In this document: piece after piece, positions 29,495 to 43,517 of the stretch
How the letters are laid out: every line of letters begins with the position of its first letter
Numbering within the stretch: position 1 is the stretch's first letter
From: Bilabrum cf. latius
Lineage: Eukaryota
Length of the DNA: 64,000 bases
Assembly (NCBI GenBank): GCA_965178125.1
Contig: OZ237762.1
Location: 62,001-126,000 of the forward strand
Direction of reading: 5' to 3'
Made by a program: the position numbers and the translations under genes
The notes under the pieces: model-generated
What the model saw: the letters and a program-made list of their open reading frames with translations, nothing else
What the model was told of the DNA's origin: nothing
Databases searched by the model: none

Positions 29495-32400
29495 ATGGAG
29501 GTATTTGTGGAGCGCGCATTGAAGAGGCTCGTCGCCGAGGGCAGGGGCGGCAACGCAGACCTTGAAAGTGCGTGCAATGGCGCCTTGCGTGAGTTGGAAT
29601 TATGCATTAGCATAGTTGTTTGTGTGCTTTGCAGTCCACGCTGGCATTTACAAAATGCGCTGAACGCTCCATCTAGCACGCTACCCACCAGTTCGTCGGC
29701 TGCGCGAGTTTGCCCCTGTTGCAGAAATTCCCATTAGTTTCATGACACTCCATATGTAATTTCTTGCAGAAACGCTCCAAAAACGGAAGGCAAGCGGAGC
29801 TACGGCCTCGGTGAGCGAAAAGGCGGACGATGCGGATCACTACTTCAGGCCGCTGCAGATTGCCTGCGAGACACGCTCAGCACGTATGAAGGCGATTGCA
29901 CTTGATGCTATTGAAAAATTGGTTGCTTGGGGTAACTTGACCGGTAACCTAACCGTGATTCAGAACGGCAGGATGCGGTACTTGATCGACATCGTCATCG
30001 AGACGGTGTGCTCGTGCAGGGACGAGAAGGCCGACTAGGTGCAGCTGCAGGTGGTCAAGTGCCTGCTCACTGCCGTGTCATCTACTAAGTGCCAGGTGCG
30101 CGAGTACTCCTTGCTGCTGGCGGTGCGCAGCGTGTACCACATCTACCTAGTGACGGGCAACCAGGTGAACCGCACCACTGCCAAGGCTAGCCTCACCCAG
30201 ATGCTGGACTTGGTGTTCAGGAGGATGACCCGCCTGGACGAGGGGGTGGCTAAGGGTGAGGCTATCCCTGAGAGGCTGCTGGTGGAGGTGGAGGAAGCAC
30301 CTGAGTAGCCCACCGCTGGGGAGAGGACCTTGCCAGCCGATGGGGGTGCAGGGGGGGAGCTGCGCCCCGTGTCCTTTGGAAGTAACGTGTACCCTGAGCT
30401 CGTGGCCATGCTGGGCTTCAAGCCAGCAGGAGGCGCTGCAGTGCCGCCCGAGGCCCCCGTGGCGCCCCCCAGGGGGGGGCCCGGGTCAGCTGCTAGCGGG
30501 GCGGGTGCTCCCAACGGGGGTGGGGGCGGGCCCCCCCCTGCCGCGGCTGGAGGGGCATCTCAAGCAGGAGAGAAGGCAGGCGAAAGCAAGGGGGAGAAAG
30601 AGGCAGGCGCAGGTGCACCCGACTCCGCCAAGGGCACTGGCACTCCGTCCAAGCCACGGTTCGGCGCCAGGCCGGAACAGGACGTGGAGGCCGAGCAGTT
30701 CGCATTCGCCAGCGTGTACCACCGCGACGCATTCTTTTTGTTCCGGGCCCTCTGCGTGCTGTCGGCCAAGGGGGAGGACGCAGAGGATCGGATCACGTCC
30801 GGGCTGCTGCGCACGCGCGACGACACGACGGCGGTGCAGAGCAAGGTGCTTGCGCTGGACCTGCTGCACACCACGCTGCAGAAGGCGGGGGCTTTCATGA
30901 GCAGGCACTCGGCCTTCGTGGCAGCTGCCAGGGCATACCTGGCCCCCGCGCTGCTGAAGAACTTCGTGAGTCCGCACCCCAGCGTGGTGTCCCTGTCGCT
31001 CCGCATCTTCGTGCTGCTGGTGCAGGGCTTCAGGGAGTACCTCAGCGAGGAGATCGAGATCTTCGTGACCACGGTCTTCCTCGAGCAGCTGCAGAGCAAG
31101 ACGGCCTCCCTTCGGCAGAAGGCAGAGGTCGTGGACTCATTCAGGGCTCTAGCGGCCGACAGCACGACCATCTTGGAGATCTTCTTGAACTATGACGCGG
31201 CCCCCGAGGAGGCCAGGAGGGAGCGTCTCTTTGACAGGATCACATCGGCGCTCACGTCCATCGCGCAGGGCAGGGCCACAGGGGACCTCAAGGCGGCGGC
31301 AGGCACGGAGAGCGAGTTGGAGGCGGTGCGGAGGTCGGCGCTGGCCACGCTCACGGCCATCATGCACTCCATGCGCAAGGCAGCAGAGGCCGTCAGCCGC
31401 CCGCAGCTGCTCAAGAGGCAGGTCTCGGGCGGGGCCGGGCTGGAGGGTGCCGCCGCTGGCGTGGGGGTGCAGGGCGCATCCCCGGCTCCCGCGCTGGGGC
31501 CTCCATCCGGAGCCATGGCTGCCCTCAGGGACGGACCCGCCCAGGACGCCCCCTCTTCGCCCGCCACTGGCAGAGACAGGGACTCTGTGGCGGGGTCGGC
31601 GACCAGCGGAACCCCCCTCGGTGCTGGGGGTGCGGATTCGGAGGCAGACGCGGGCCGTGGAGACGCCGGATCAGCTGCTGGCTCCGGTCCCGGGAGTGCG
31701 GCGGCGGGGGGCGCGCAGGGCAAGAGCGTCGCTGAGGCGTATAAGGAGGCCTCCAAGCGCAGGGAGCAGATTCGGCGCGCGGCCCTTCGGTTCAAGATGA
31801 AGCCCAAGGACGGTGTCAAGTACCTCCGCGAGATCGGGCGGGTGGACGACACACCCGAGGTGCTGGCCAAGTGCTTCTTGGACTTGCAGGACGTGCTCGA
31901 CAAGACGGCCATCGGCGACTACATGGGCGAGGACAAGGAGTTCAACATCGCCGTCATGCACGCCTATGTCGACCAGCTGGACTTCACGGGGATGAGCTTC
32001 GACGAGGCGATCCGGTACTTTTTGAAGGGGTTCAGGCTTCCCGGTGAGGCCCAGAAGATCGACCGCATGATGGAGAAATTCGCCGAGGTGTTCTGCACGC
32101 TGAACCCGGGGGTGTTCTCGAAGAACGACACCGCCTTTGTGCTGGGGTACTCGGTGATCATGCTCAACACGGACGCGCACAACCCCAACATTCCCCCGGA
32201 GAAGAAGATGACCCTAAAGGGTTTCCTCAGGAACAACAGCGGCATCGCGGACGGGCAGGACCTTCCCGAGCAGTTCCTGACGGACATTTACAACAACATC
32301 CGGGCCAACGCCATCAGCCTCAAGGAGGACGACGACCTCAGGGAGAACGAGCAGATCAAGACGGCCAGCCTCTCTACGGCCGACAGGCACGCCCTCCGCA

Positions 32401-35400
32401 GGTCGGAGCGCTCCAAGCTGGTCAAGGCGGGCGAGGAGCGCATCAAGGACCTCGAGAGGAAGAGGAGGAAGCGATCCACCATCATGGCGGCCTCGCCCAT
32501 CAAAGGGGGGCAGGCCAGCGGCGGGGCAGGCGCGGGTGCGGGCGCGTCCGCCGGGGAGGGCGGAGCTGCCCTGGCCTTGGCCACCCTCGCCGAGGTGGAC
32601 GAGGACTACGTGAGGCTGTCGGACCGGAGGGCGGAGGACGTGCTGGAGCCCATGATGGAGGTGGCGTGGGGCCCCATGATGGCCTCGTTCAGCGTGAACC
32701 TGGAGGGCTCCAACGACGCGAGGGTGGTGCAGCTGTGCATCAACGGGTTCAAGCACGCTGTGAGTCTGGCGGGCGTGCTGGGCATGTCGATGGAGAGATC
32801 CGCGCTGCTCGGGGCTCTCGTACGATACACCATGCTCGACTCGCCCACTCGGGCCTTCGGGAACAAGAACGTGCTGTGCTGCCAGGCCGTGGTGGCGCTG
32901 GCCCAGAAGCAGGGCGAGTGGCTCGGTGACGCGTGGGGCGTGGTGCACCGCTGCATCTCGCAGATCGCGAGGCTGCAGGCCCTCGCCTCGGGGGCGCGCG
33001 GGGACTCTGAGATCTTCGGGGCTGCGGCAGTGGCTGCGGCGCGCAACCGGAGCAGGGGCGGGGCTGTGCCCTCGCGCGGGGGCCGCCGGTCCCTGGGCGG
33101 CGTCGGCTCTGGCACCCCAGCCCAGCAGGAGGCTCGCCAGATCGAGAGGCGCAATGCTCAAGCGCTTGCGTCTGCCATCCCAGAGTCCTCGCTGCAGCGC
33201 GTGTACACGAACAGCTGCACGCTCTCCCAGGAGGCCATCGTGGACTTCATCACCCACCTGACGCACGTGTCGCTCGCGGAGCTCCACATCGCGGCACCCA
33301 CAGCGGCGGATCGCGCGGCGGAGGCGACGGCGGCGCAGCGGGGCGGTGCTTCCGGGCCTGGGGCTCAGAGCGGTGCGGGGGGCAGTCCTGCGGGCAAGCA
33401 CCAGGGCGGAGGTGACGGGGAGGGGGCGCGCGTGTACAGCCTGCAGAAGGTGGTGGAGACTGCTGACTATAACCTGCAGGTCAGGGGCAGGCTGACTTGG
33501 TCCAGGCTGTGGGGTTTGCTGAGCAGGGTGTTCACGGCGGTGGGCTGCAGCACGCAGTACCAGCTGGCGCAGTTCGCCATCGACGCCCTAAAGCAGCTGT
33601 CGCTCAAGTTCCTGGACAAGCCCGAGCTGGGCTCCTTCTCCTTCCAGAGGATCTTCCTGTCCCCGTTCGCCGCCATCATGGGGGCGCACCCGCGGGCCAA
33701 GCAGGGCATCAGGGAGCTCATCCTGTACGTGTTCCAGTTCCTGCTGCAGAAGAAGCCCGGCAAGTTCAGGTCCGGCTGGCAGACCGTGTTTGCGGTGCAC
33801 GGCATTGCGGCGCGGGACCCCACGCGGGAGATCATTTCGCTGGCTTTCAACACTGTGCACCAGATCGTGCAGAACCAGTTCCCGCAGGTCGTGAGGAACG
33901 CTGCGTTCGCCGACTTGGTCAACTGCCTGGTTGCATTCGCGTCCAACCCTCAGGCCGACAGCGCGGTGGGAGTCCGCTCTGTGGACCACCTCGCCGAGCT
34001 GGGGGCGCACCTGGCTCGCGGCAGGGTCCCGCTGAGGGATGGGAACGACGAGCACGTGAGGGCTGTGCTGGCGGCGGACAGCGGGTCGGATGGTGTGCCG
34101 CGCAGCACCGGGGGTCAGCCGGCGGACAGGGGTGCGGGTGCGGGTGCGGGTGCACCGGCAGAGAGCAAGGAGAGCAAGGAGGGCGAGGAGGAGGGCAAGG
34201 AGACGGAGGGGGCCGAGGCAGCCCGGCAGGCCTCTTCTTCCTTCGTGGTGCAGCCTGACTCGGGTGTGTTCTACGACATGGACGGCGAGGAGCACTCGGA
34301 CATCAGGAGGGCTTCGGCGGGGCCCATGGGGGAGCCCGACGAGGCCCCCGCTGCGGGGAAGGCTACGGGGCAGGGGCAGAGGGCGGGATTCGAAGACGCG
34401 TCTCCTCGAGGCATCGCGGACAGGCACCTGACGGGCGAGCGCGGCGGCGGCGGCCTGCTGCGACGATTCGATGACCGGCAGGAGCACACGGGTGCGTGGT
34501 GGCCCGTCCTCACCGGGCTCATGCGGCTGGTGGGTGACCCCCGGGAGGACGTGAGGCAGCACTCCCTGGACGTGCTCTTCGCATTGCTGCGGCGCTTCGG
34601 CGGTGGGTTCTCCGAGGGCCTCTGGCACCTGGTGTACACGGGTGTGCTGCTGCCCATTTTCGATGACGCGAGGCACACGGGGGGACACCAGGCCGCGGCC
34701 GACAGGGAACAGAAGGCGGAGGAGGCGGCGGCTGCGGGGAGACACGAGCTGATGCGGTCGAGGGCAGGCTCCTAGGGCGGGGCGGGGGCCCGGCTGGGAG
34801 CCACAGACGCGAGGTGGCTGCAGTCCAGCTGCTTGCCCGCCCTCAGCGCGCTTGTCCGGCTGCAGGCCCGGTTCTTCCCCCGGCTGCGTGCCATGATGCC
34901 CGAGCTGCTGCAGCTGCTGGAGGACTGCATCGCGCAGGAGGTGGAGGGGCTGGCCCGCATCGGTGTGTCGTGCCTGCACCAGCTGCTGGTGGAGGCCGGG
35001 TGGCAGTTCGACGCCGAGTGCTGGGAGATGGTGCTTGCGCTGCTGGGGCGGCTCTTCGTGGCCACCACCCCGAGGGACCTGATGGACTGCGAGACTCATC
35101 TCCTGGGCCCCAGCCCGGGTGATTTCTCCGAGGACGAGGAGGCGGGGGGGGAGGGAGGGCACCCCGTGGTAGTCACCGTGTTCGGGCTCGGCAAGCTGCT
35201 GGCAAGTCGCGAGGACGGCGTGTAGGTGGTGCAGCTGCCCTTTGGCACGCTGTACACCCACGGGGCGGTGAGGGAGGTGGCGGAAGGGGGCGCGGGGGCA
35301 CCCGTCCCTCCCTCCACCCCTGACAAGCCCATGCTGCCCAACGGCGCGCAGCCACCCGCCACCCGTGGTGGTCCAGGGCCAGGCAGGGCCACAGCGCCCG

Positions 35401-36311
35401 TGCCCCGGGCCATGGACCCTCCCCCCGCGCTCCCTTTCAACCCCTCCCGCGTGCTGACCCAGTGCGTGGTGCAGCTGGAGCTGGTCAGCGCCGTGGGTAT
35501 CCTGGCCAACTCGCATGTGGGGGCTCTCACCCTGGGCCAGCTCAAGCAGCTGCTGGGGCTGCTGGAGGAGTGCGCGGATTTCGCACGGCGCTTCAACTCG
35601 AACCGCCCTCTTCGGGAGGCCTTGCTGGAGGCTGGTTTCATGAAGAAAGCCAAGTTCAAGAGGGTGCCCTCCTTGCTGAGGCAGGAGAAGCAGAGCACAG
35701 AGGTGCTGCTGCAGCTGCTGCTTGGCATGCACACCCAGCTGCACGCACAAGGGGGTCTGGAGGGGGAGGGCGGGAAGCGGCACAAACTGGTCCTGCAGCG
35801 GCTGAGGGAGGTGGCGGGCGAGGTGGTGGGGCGGTTCGTGCGTTTGGATGCCTCAGTGGAGGCCATGCGGGTGCAGGCGCAGGCAGAGGCATCGAGCGCC
35901 TCTCAGGCAGCGGCGCGGCGGGCTGCGCAGGGGGGCAGGCGGGTGCAAGACCCAGCCAGGGCGGCGAGGAGCGCGGCTCGATAGGCCGTGTCCGTGGACC
36001 AGTCGGACAGGGAGGTGCTCCGTGAATGCTCGGCTTTTGGCCCGCTCGTGGTTCGGCTGCTGGAGGGGTGCTCCGGCATGTCTGCCGCCGAGTTCCGAGG
36101 CAGCCTGTGGTGGCTTTACCCGCTTCTGGTGCAGCTGATCCCCACGGGGAACCCGGCCGTGCGCAGGGCGCTGCGGGGTATCTTCGAGAACAAGCTGCCT
36201 GCCGTGCTGCCGCTAGATGCCCCTGCCGGCGTGCTGGAGGGCGAGGGCAGCGAGGCCGAGGAGGACGGGGGTGCGGACGCAGCGGGGGCGGCGGCCGGTA
36301 CGTCTGTTTGA
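29495..36311 (+). CDS. Large Sec7-domain ARF guanine-nucleotide exchange factor (BIG1/BIG2/Sec7 class); intron about 29589-29769
   Basis: DCB domain (QLQVVKCLLT, NRTTAKASLTQM), FLNYD, FRLPGEAQKIDRMMEKFA, YSVIMLNTDAHN, HDS regions; five in-frame TAGs. Confidence 0.95.
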
Positions 36312-36453
36312 CTTTCGTTTGTGTGCAGTGCGGGAAAAGGTGTTATTTTTTCTTGTGATGCAGCAGTGCTGCATGCAGCTTTGGGCGCAGACTCGCTCGT
36401 CACAGCGTGATACGTCACCAAGCAGAGCCCGGGCAATGCATTTCTGTCGCCCC

Positions 36454-39400
36454 ATGGCGGGTAGCGCTACTCCAAGTTCGGATTGGGAAGTCGGCGAATA
36501 TGTACTGGAGCGGGTTCTAGGCTCTGGAAGCTTTGCGAAGGTATACAGAGCCAGGCACAAGGAAACGGGGGAGACGTACGCTTGCAAGGTGATCCAGCTG
36601 CAATCCATCGATGCGAAAACCAGGAAAACAATTGAATCTGAGGTTACGGTACTCAAAGAAATAAGGCATCCAAACATTGGTGGGTTGTGCAGGCATCATT
36701 GTTAGTCCGCCTCCGCCTGAGCAGCGCAACCACCACTCCATTGCAGCATGTTTCTTGTGGCCTTATCGCAGTTAGGCTAGTGGACGTGATGCAGTCTAAA
36801 TCGCACATATTTCTCATGCTTGAGTTTGCGGCCGGTGGAGATCTATCTGACGCTCTTGTGCAGCACAATAAGGCCCTGAACGAGAAAGAGGTTCGGTACT
36901 TACTATGTCAGATCGCGGCCGGCCTAAAGGTACTGCACGGAGCTAGTATCGTGCACCGTGACCTGAAGCCATAGAATATCCTAGTGGAGGATGCCAAGGC
37001 ATTTCCCCGCAGCCGCGTGATGCTGGGTGACTTCGGGTTCGCGAGGCGGCTAGAGGTTGCTGAACTCGCCTAGACGCTGTGCGGCTCGCCACTGTACATG
37101 GCCCCAGAGCTGCTCAGGATGGAGTCGTACGATGCACGATGCGACCTGTGGAGCGTCGGGGTGATCCTCTACCAGCTGCTCTCGTCCCAGCTTCCCTACG
37201 GCGGCGCCAACCACCTCGATCTACTGCGGAACATCGACGCCGCAGGGCCCCGCAAGCTGCCCGAAGACGTGGCAGCGCGTACCTCGGCCCCGATGCGGCG
37301 GCTGCTCGGCGGCCTGCTGCAGCCAGACCCCCTCGTCAGGGCCAGCTTCCACGAGTTCTTCAGGTCGCCAGCAGTGCGGGCTCCCGAGGGGTTTGACGTG
37401 AGCAAACTGAAAGGGGCGGGGACAGAGGGGGAGGCCGAAAGTGGGGGTGCTTATGGGGAGCAGGCGAAGGGCGGGGGCAAGGCAGGGGCAGGACCGGCGA
37501 CACCTATGCAGAGAGGCATGTCTGGTGCAGGCCAGCTTGAAGGAGCTGGAGGTTCATCATCGTCTGCTCCTGGTGCGGGGGGGGCAGCTGGCGATGTGGA
37601 AGGAGAAGGGGAGGGGCTGCTGCCTGATGACTCGCTGGAGAGACTCCTGGGGGACATGAAGGGCATGGTACGTGGGGGCCGGGTGCTGGTGCGAGGGCTG
37701 CAGGAGGACCCAAGTGCAGGTGGCACCAGGAACACAGCCAGCCTGGAGGGTGCAGCGCACGGTCGCTCCCCGCCCGGCCCAGCCGAGACATCGCCCACAT
37801 CGCAGGTGCAGGTGCACAGTCGACTGACACTGGATCCGGCCGCGCATCTCTCCCGACTGCCCCCTCGCGTGGCAGTGCGCGAGCTGTGGGAGGGCTGTCT
37901 GGAGCAGCAGGCGCAGGCGCGCTGCACGGGGACTGGAGGCCGGATGGGGGCAGGTGACCGTGCAGCAAACTCGCTGTCGCTGCACGCCGCTGCGATGCAG
38001 GGGTCGGCGCACAGCAGCGGCATATGGGAGCCCCAGCTCTCGAGTGTGACGAGTGCGGTGGCAGGTGCAGGTGGTTCGGGTGACGGCGCGACGCGGCAGA
38101 GGCTAGCTGCGGATCGCAAGGCGCGGTGCGTCGAGATGTTCCGCTTCCTGGGTCATGGCGCGGCGCCGCGTCCATCCGCCACCCGTGCTGTGCTCGAAGC
38201 CCGCCTGCGGGCTGCGGGGCTGCAACTCGGGCCGGTCGCGATGAAGGAGACAGAGACGGAGGCAGAGGCAGGGGCAGGGGCAGGGGCAGGGGCAGGGGCA
38301 GCATCGGGGAGTCGGGGCGAAGATGCCTCCGACGGTGCATTGCGCGGTAGTGGCAGCGGCAGCACGTCTCATTAGGAAGAAGACTCGCCGGCCGGGCCCC
38401 GGTCTCCGAACGTTGTTCCCCTCCGGCGCGGAGGCACCGCGGCTGGGATCGCTGGGTCTGCCTCGGCTGTCACGGATGGGTCCCACACTGGGGTGGGCGG
38501 GGGCAGGCAGGGCTCGAAAGTCGTTCCCGAGGCGGGGACTGGGGCAGGCACGGTCGAAGCGGGGGCGCGCGCCGCTCTGCTGCAGGACGCCGCCGGTCTC
38601 TCTATCCAGACAGACCACCCCCTCGCAGACACAGCAGCCCAGCACGCCAGCCTGTCTGACTCCCAGAGACCCCCGCTGCCTCCTGCAGTCGCAGTTGCCC
38701 TACCAGCGCCCTCTGCAGGCTGGCACCCACCCCCCTCGTCTTCCTCCTCATAGCGTGGCTCCCCCGCCACCGCAACCGACGGAGCCTCGGACTCGTCCAG
38801 TCCCTCTGGGGCGGGGGCGGGGCAGGGGCACGGAGGTGCCTTCGAGGTGGTGGGAGGGTCCTCCCCCAGGGCACAGACACCTTCGCGGGCAGGAACAGGG
38901 AACAGTGGCCGGGTGCTGACTCCTCCCCGAGTCAGGACAGGATCGGGCGCCAGCTCAAGGCGGGGCTCGGGGTCCCCTCTGGTGGAGGGCCCAGGGGAGG
39001 GGTCAGCTACACCGGGGGAGAGCGGCAGCGGGGGCAGCGACAGTCCGCAGTGGGGCCTCCGCGCCGATGGAAACACGGATGCAAGCCGGATGCAACCTGA
39101 GGAGGCGGTGGCACTGCCACTCGGACACAGGAACAAGGAAGATACCAGCAGTGCCCCCGGTGGAGATTCAGGAGGCAGTGCTGACCCTGGCCCGCGTGAC
39201 GGCAGACCGCTGGCTCTCGTCCCCGATGGCACCACGGGGCTGCCAGCGCACATAGTCATGGTCCCGCGGGGCCGGACGTCGATCGACTCTAGAATGGTGG
39301 CCGCACAGCAGGAAGCACACGCCTGTCGGGCAGTGGCCCAGTTCGGTATCTCGGTGGCAGGGGAAGCAGCGGGAGCGCCCGTGCCGCTGCCCTGGCTGCG

Positions 39401-40361
39401 AACTGGTGGCAAGGCCAAGGGGGTCGATGCAGGCGATAGAATAGGAGCTGCAGGCGATGGGATAGGAGCTGCAGTGGATGGATAGCACGGCTGGTGGGTG
39501 ACGCAGGAGGCTCTCCCGGCCGCTGGATCGCAGGAGCCGCTGGTCAGCGCGGAGCTGCTGCTGGGCGCCCTTGAGGAGCAGGCGACATCTGCTGAGGTTG
39601 GGAGGAGGAGGAAGGAGGAAGAGACGGAGAACGAGGGAGGGGGTAGTTCGGGGGCGGGACCCGCTGCTGCCAGTGCTATTCCTGGGGCCCTGCACGCTTC
39701 ACTCATGTAGCGCGTGGCAGATCGCATGGAAGCAGCGGCCGCTCGTCGACAGGCCGCGGCAGTGTCCTTGCTGCTGGCCGCATCTGCCATGTGCGAGGGT
39801 CTTGCCCTGAGAGCGGCAGGGGCGGGGCCGCAGCTGGCCGGTCTGGAGCGCTGGGCCCTGGGGCTGGGCCGGCGGTGCGAGGCCGAGGCGCGCCCCTGCA
39901 TCCGGGCGCTGGCCCGACTGGAGCCGGGGGACAGGCCGCCGCTGCCGCCGCCTGCTGACATGTGCATGCAGGCTGCCGCGAGGGTGGTGCAGCGGGCGGC
40001 GGCGCTGCAGTGCGTTGCACCCGGATGTGCGGCGGTCGTGGCTCACGCAAGCCTCGGTCGCGACTTGGCCCGGGCTGCGTGGAGCGGAGCAGTGAACGGA
40101 CATGTTGGCGTGGATGAGCACAATCACCAGCAGGGACAGGGACAGGGAGGAGGAGAGCACGCGGGGCGAGCGAGGAGGGATGCGCTGCAGAACCCGCTTG
40201 CGAGACGAGCAGCAGCTCTGGAGCTTGTGGCGCACCAAGCCATCGTGCTGGCTGGAACTGAAGCGGCTGGTGCGAAGAGTGCAATTGCAGGCAAGGAGAG
40301 GAATGGGGTGCGAATAGAGGGCAAGCAGGATGAAGAGGAGAGCAAGGGCAAGGAGGCGTGA
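36454..40361 (+). CDS. ATG1/ULK-family Ser/Thr kinase; intron about 36680-36770
   Basis: LGSGSFAKVY, HRDLKP*NIL (family HRDLKPQNIL), DFGFARRL, A*TLCGSPLYMAPE; six TAGs; TGA stop. Confidence 0.85.
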
Positions 40362-40488
40362 TGATTCGGATTATCCGCGCAATAGCCTAGGTCTACGTGG
40401 CTGATTCGGAATCAGAACACATGCATCACCTTGATAATTACCCTTTTTACGCGTTCAGTCCTGCCTGCAATCCATACTATTAATGCGT

Positions 40489-41571
40489 TCACGTGTCATC
40501 ACCTGCACTGGCACGATTCGCCCCACCTACTGCACCCCCTGCCTCACCACCTACTGCACCCCCTGCCTCACCACCTACTGCACCCCCTGCCTCACCACCT
40601 ACTGCACCCCCTGCCTCACCACCTACTGCACCCCCTGCCTCACCACCTACTGCACCCCCTGCCTCACCCCCTGCCTCACCCCCCGCCTCACCCCCCGCCC
40701 CCTCCGTGTCCCCAAACACCCTCTGCCACACCGCAGCCTCCCTCGCCGAGCATCCATCCTCCCCGTACTACCCCAGGTGCATGTAGGCCCTTGATTCCCT
40801 CACCAAACGGATGTCTCTCACGGTGACAGCCACCGGTTCCCACCCAGCTGCTGCCCTCTCCAGACACCCGCGGGCCGTCTCCGCCAACCCACCCGAAGCC
40901 CCCGCAGGCTCCTTCCCACTGGTACTAGCCCCGCCCGACCCGTGGTCAGCTGCACCACTGGCAGCAGCCAGAGGGGCCGCCGGCCTCCAGATGGTCGCGT
41001 GCACGAAGCCATCGCTCGGCATCTTGAACCCGCCCCTCGCGCCGTCCTACACGCCCAGCTCCCGAAGGGTCGCGTAGCTCTCCAGTCGGCGAACACATGC
41101 GCGGATGCGGTCGATGGAACCACTGGGATCTTTGAGTCGCAGGAAAGCAGCACCGGGGCTGGACTGGATGGACTCGTACACCAGCTCGAACGGAGCCTCT
41201 GGGAAACCGCGGGACGCGGTGCACTCCTTGTCGAGCGCTGCTGCAATCTCTGCCTCCACTCTTGACCTGATTTTCTCGTCAGTATACGCAGATGATCCAG
41301 ACGTGAATACAATGGGGCTTGCAACTGTCACGTGCAGGAACTGTGGCTCGTACCACAGTCCACGACCGGGGCCCGAGACCGGCTCGAGCGCCTCCCTGGC
41401 CGAATCGTACTGCTTCACGAATGCAATCTATTCGTCACCGGTAAGGGTTCGATTTGGACTGCATAAGACCTGCAAATTCAGACCAAATGTTTCTGGGGAC
41501 TTTGCAGGGCCCTCAATCAAAGAGTCGGCGTATGGATCGCATTTGAATGACCTTAGGGAGGCTGAGGCCAT
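40489..41571 (-). CDS. 2H-phosphoesterase superfamily-like protein (start uncertain)
   Basis: Two HxT motifs (FLHVTVAS, FVHATIWR) joined through TAGs; TGA stop. Confidence 0.55.
40522..40700. repeat. 24-bp minisatellite, about 6-7 copies (encodes GAVGGEAG on the minus strand)
   Basis: Tandem ccacctactgcaccccctgcctca. Confidence 0.9.
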
Positions 41572-41771
41572 TGCGTTCTGGTCACCAAGGGCAGTACTAC
41601 GCTAGCTGGGAATAATATACCAGACTCTGGGAGTATGAGTAGGTGCCCGTGACAATACACTGGCAAGCCTGTGCTCGTATGTTGCGATCTAGTGCCAGCA
41701 GTGCCGTGCAGCAAGTGCAACTGCGGGTCCTCCTTTCCGAGACTCTCGGAGTCCAGTCATCACAGCGTTAA

Positions 41772-43517
41772 ATGTTGATTCAAGCCGTATTATTTGCCTC
41801 TATATGCACGCGCTATGTATTGGCCGACGGGTGGCGCTTCAACAAGCCACACCTTATCCTGGAAGGTAGCGGTCTGACGCAAATAGACGATGCGCTCTTG
41901 TTGAGGCAGCATTCGCCGGAGAAGGACAAGACGTGGGCGGCAGTTGTGCCAGAATATCCTTGGGAAGCCGGTATCCTATTCTACACGTCCCTATTGGAGC
42001 TGCCACGTGACTTTAAATCCGGTGCAGGCAGCGACATTCGGTACCACTTGTATTACCCATGTGTTGACGAGCCCTTGCTGCCTGGTGACGTGTACTCGTG
42101 CATTGCTGTTTCGCCTGACGGTGAAACGTTCACCAAGCCGATGCTTGACCTGTTTCCCTACAGCTATCCGAATGGAACCACGGTCCCAACCAACAGGTTC
42201 TTCCAGACGAATCGAAACCACGGCCCGACGTACCCGCACGCTGTGCAGGGGTCTGTGATCATCACCAGACGGTCCGGCGATGCTTCAAACTCATCGGCAC
42301 CCCTGGCCGTGATGGTGTACGAGGAGCAGGCAAAGGACAGGCACCTGCTCGCCGCGGTGTCAACGGATGGAATCCACTTCCGGAATTCGACGGGCCCCGG
42401 GGCCCCCTACATCCAGGGCCTGCCTTCGTATTTCGCAGACACAGACGCGGCTGTCCTTGAGCTGGGCCCCGACGTGCGGCCGCTGAACAGCAGCAGGGAC
42501 GGGGCGGGCGGGGGCTGCTTCGTGGCGTACGGCCGGCTGGACGTGTTCCCAGGAGGCACGTGCCCGGTGGCGCCGGAGCGGACCTTCAGACGGGCCCAGG
42601 CCGCCTATGCGGTGGCACCCAACGGGAGCTGCAGCAGCACCGTGGCATTGGGCCCGTACCACAACGCGAGGCAGACACTTGATATCCAGCGGGGGAAGGA
42701 CCCGGCCGAGTGCCTGGATGTGTACAACACGGCCCCGCAGCTGGTGCCCGGGGCAGTGCTGGCCATGCCGTCCATGTACAGGCACATTGCAGGGGGCAAC
42801 AACGGGGTGATGGACGCCCGCTTGCTGGTGTCGAGAGACGGTGTGTCCTTCACCCCCATTTCCAGGAGGCCCTTCCTGCTGCGCGGGATCGGATACAGGG
42901 ACCAGGCATCCGGGTGGTACAACGCGACCGGCTCAGAGAGGGACGCGGGCTTCGTGTTCGTCACAGTGGGGGGACTCATGGACGACCTCTCGGTGGCCCC
43001 CGCCGCCCCCTCGTACCCCGGGGCCCAGCCTCTCTCGCCGTACATGTGGCTGCTCTACTGGGGCTCGCAGACCACGCATGCTTCCGGCGGTATCCACCTC
43101 GCAGGGACATTCCCGGGAGCCTTCACGGGGATCCTGCGGGCTCGGATCAGGAGGGAGGGCTTCGTGTCTCTGGGGAACAGCAGGGAGGGGGCGGTGGGCG
43201 CGGCGAGGTCCATCCTACTGGAACTGCCTGCTCCCGGGGAGGCGTGCCCGGAGCAAGGGGCCCAGGAGTTCGGACTGAGGCTCAACGTCGAGGCCCCGAA
43301 CAGCGGGAACGTGACGGTCGCGCTCCTGGACGGGCAGGGCAAGGAGTACCCTGGCTTTGGGCACGGAGACGCGGTCCCTGTGCAGGGGAACTACCTGAGG
43401 GCAGAGGTGGGGTGGGCGCACGGGGGCAACTTCACCGCGCTGCATGGTAGTGCAATGCAGATGGACATCCGAGTGGCTGATGCGGACGTGTACTCGTGGG
43501 AGCTCGTGTGCCAGTGA
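41772..43517 (+). CDS. Secreted beta-propeller glycoside-hydrolase-like protein
   Basis: Signal peptide; Asp-box-like SPDGETF, STDGIHF, SRDGVSF; RREGFVSL; intronless, 581 aa. Confidence 0.65.
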   Translation: MLIQAVLFASICTRYVLADGWRFNKPHLILEGSGLTQIDDALLLRQHSPEKDKTWAAVVPEYPWEAGILFYTSLLELPRDFKSGAGSDIRYHLYYPCVDEPLLPGDVYSCIAVSPDGETFTKPMLDLFPYSYPNGTTVPTNRFFQTNRNHGPTYPHAVQGSVIITRRSGDASNSSAPLAVMVYEEQAKDRHLLAAVSTDGIHFRNSTGPGAPYIQGLPSYFADTDAAVLELGPDVRPLNSSRDGAGGGCFVAYGRLDVFPGGTCPVAPERTFRRAQAAYAVAPNGSCSSTVALGPYHNARQTLDIQRGKDPAECLDVYNTAPQLVPGAVLAMPSMYRHIAGGNNGVMDARLLVSRDGVSFTPISRRPFLLRGIGYRDQASGWYNATGSERDAGFVFVTVGGLMDDLSVAPAAPSYPGAQPLSPYMWLLYWGSQTTHASGGIHLAGTFPGAFTGILRARIRREGFVSLGNSREGAVGAARSILLELPAPGEACPEQGAQEFGLRLNVEAPNSGNVTVALLDGQGKEYPGFGHGDAVPVQGNYLRAEVGWAHGGNFTALHGSAMQMDIRVADADVYSWELVCQ

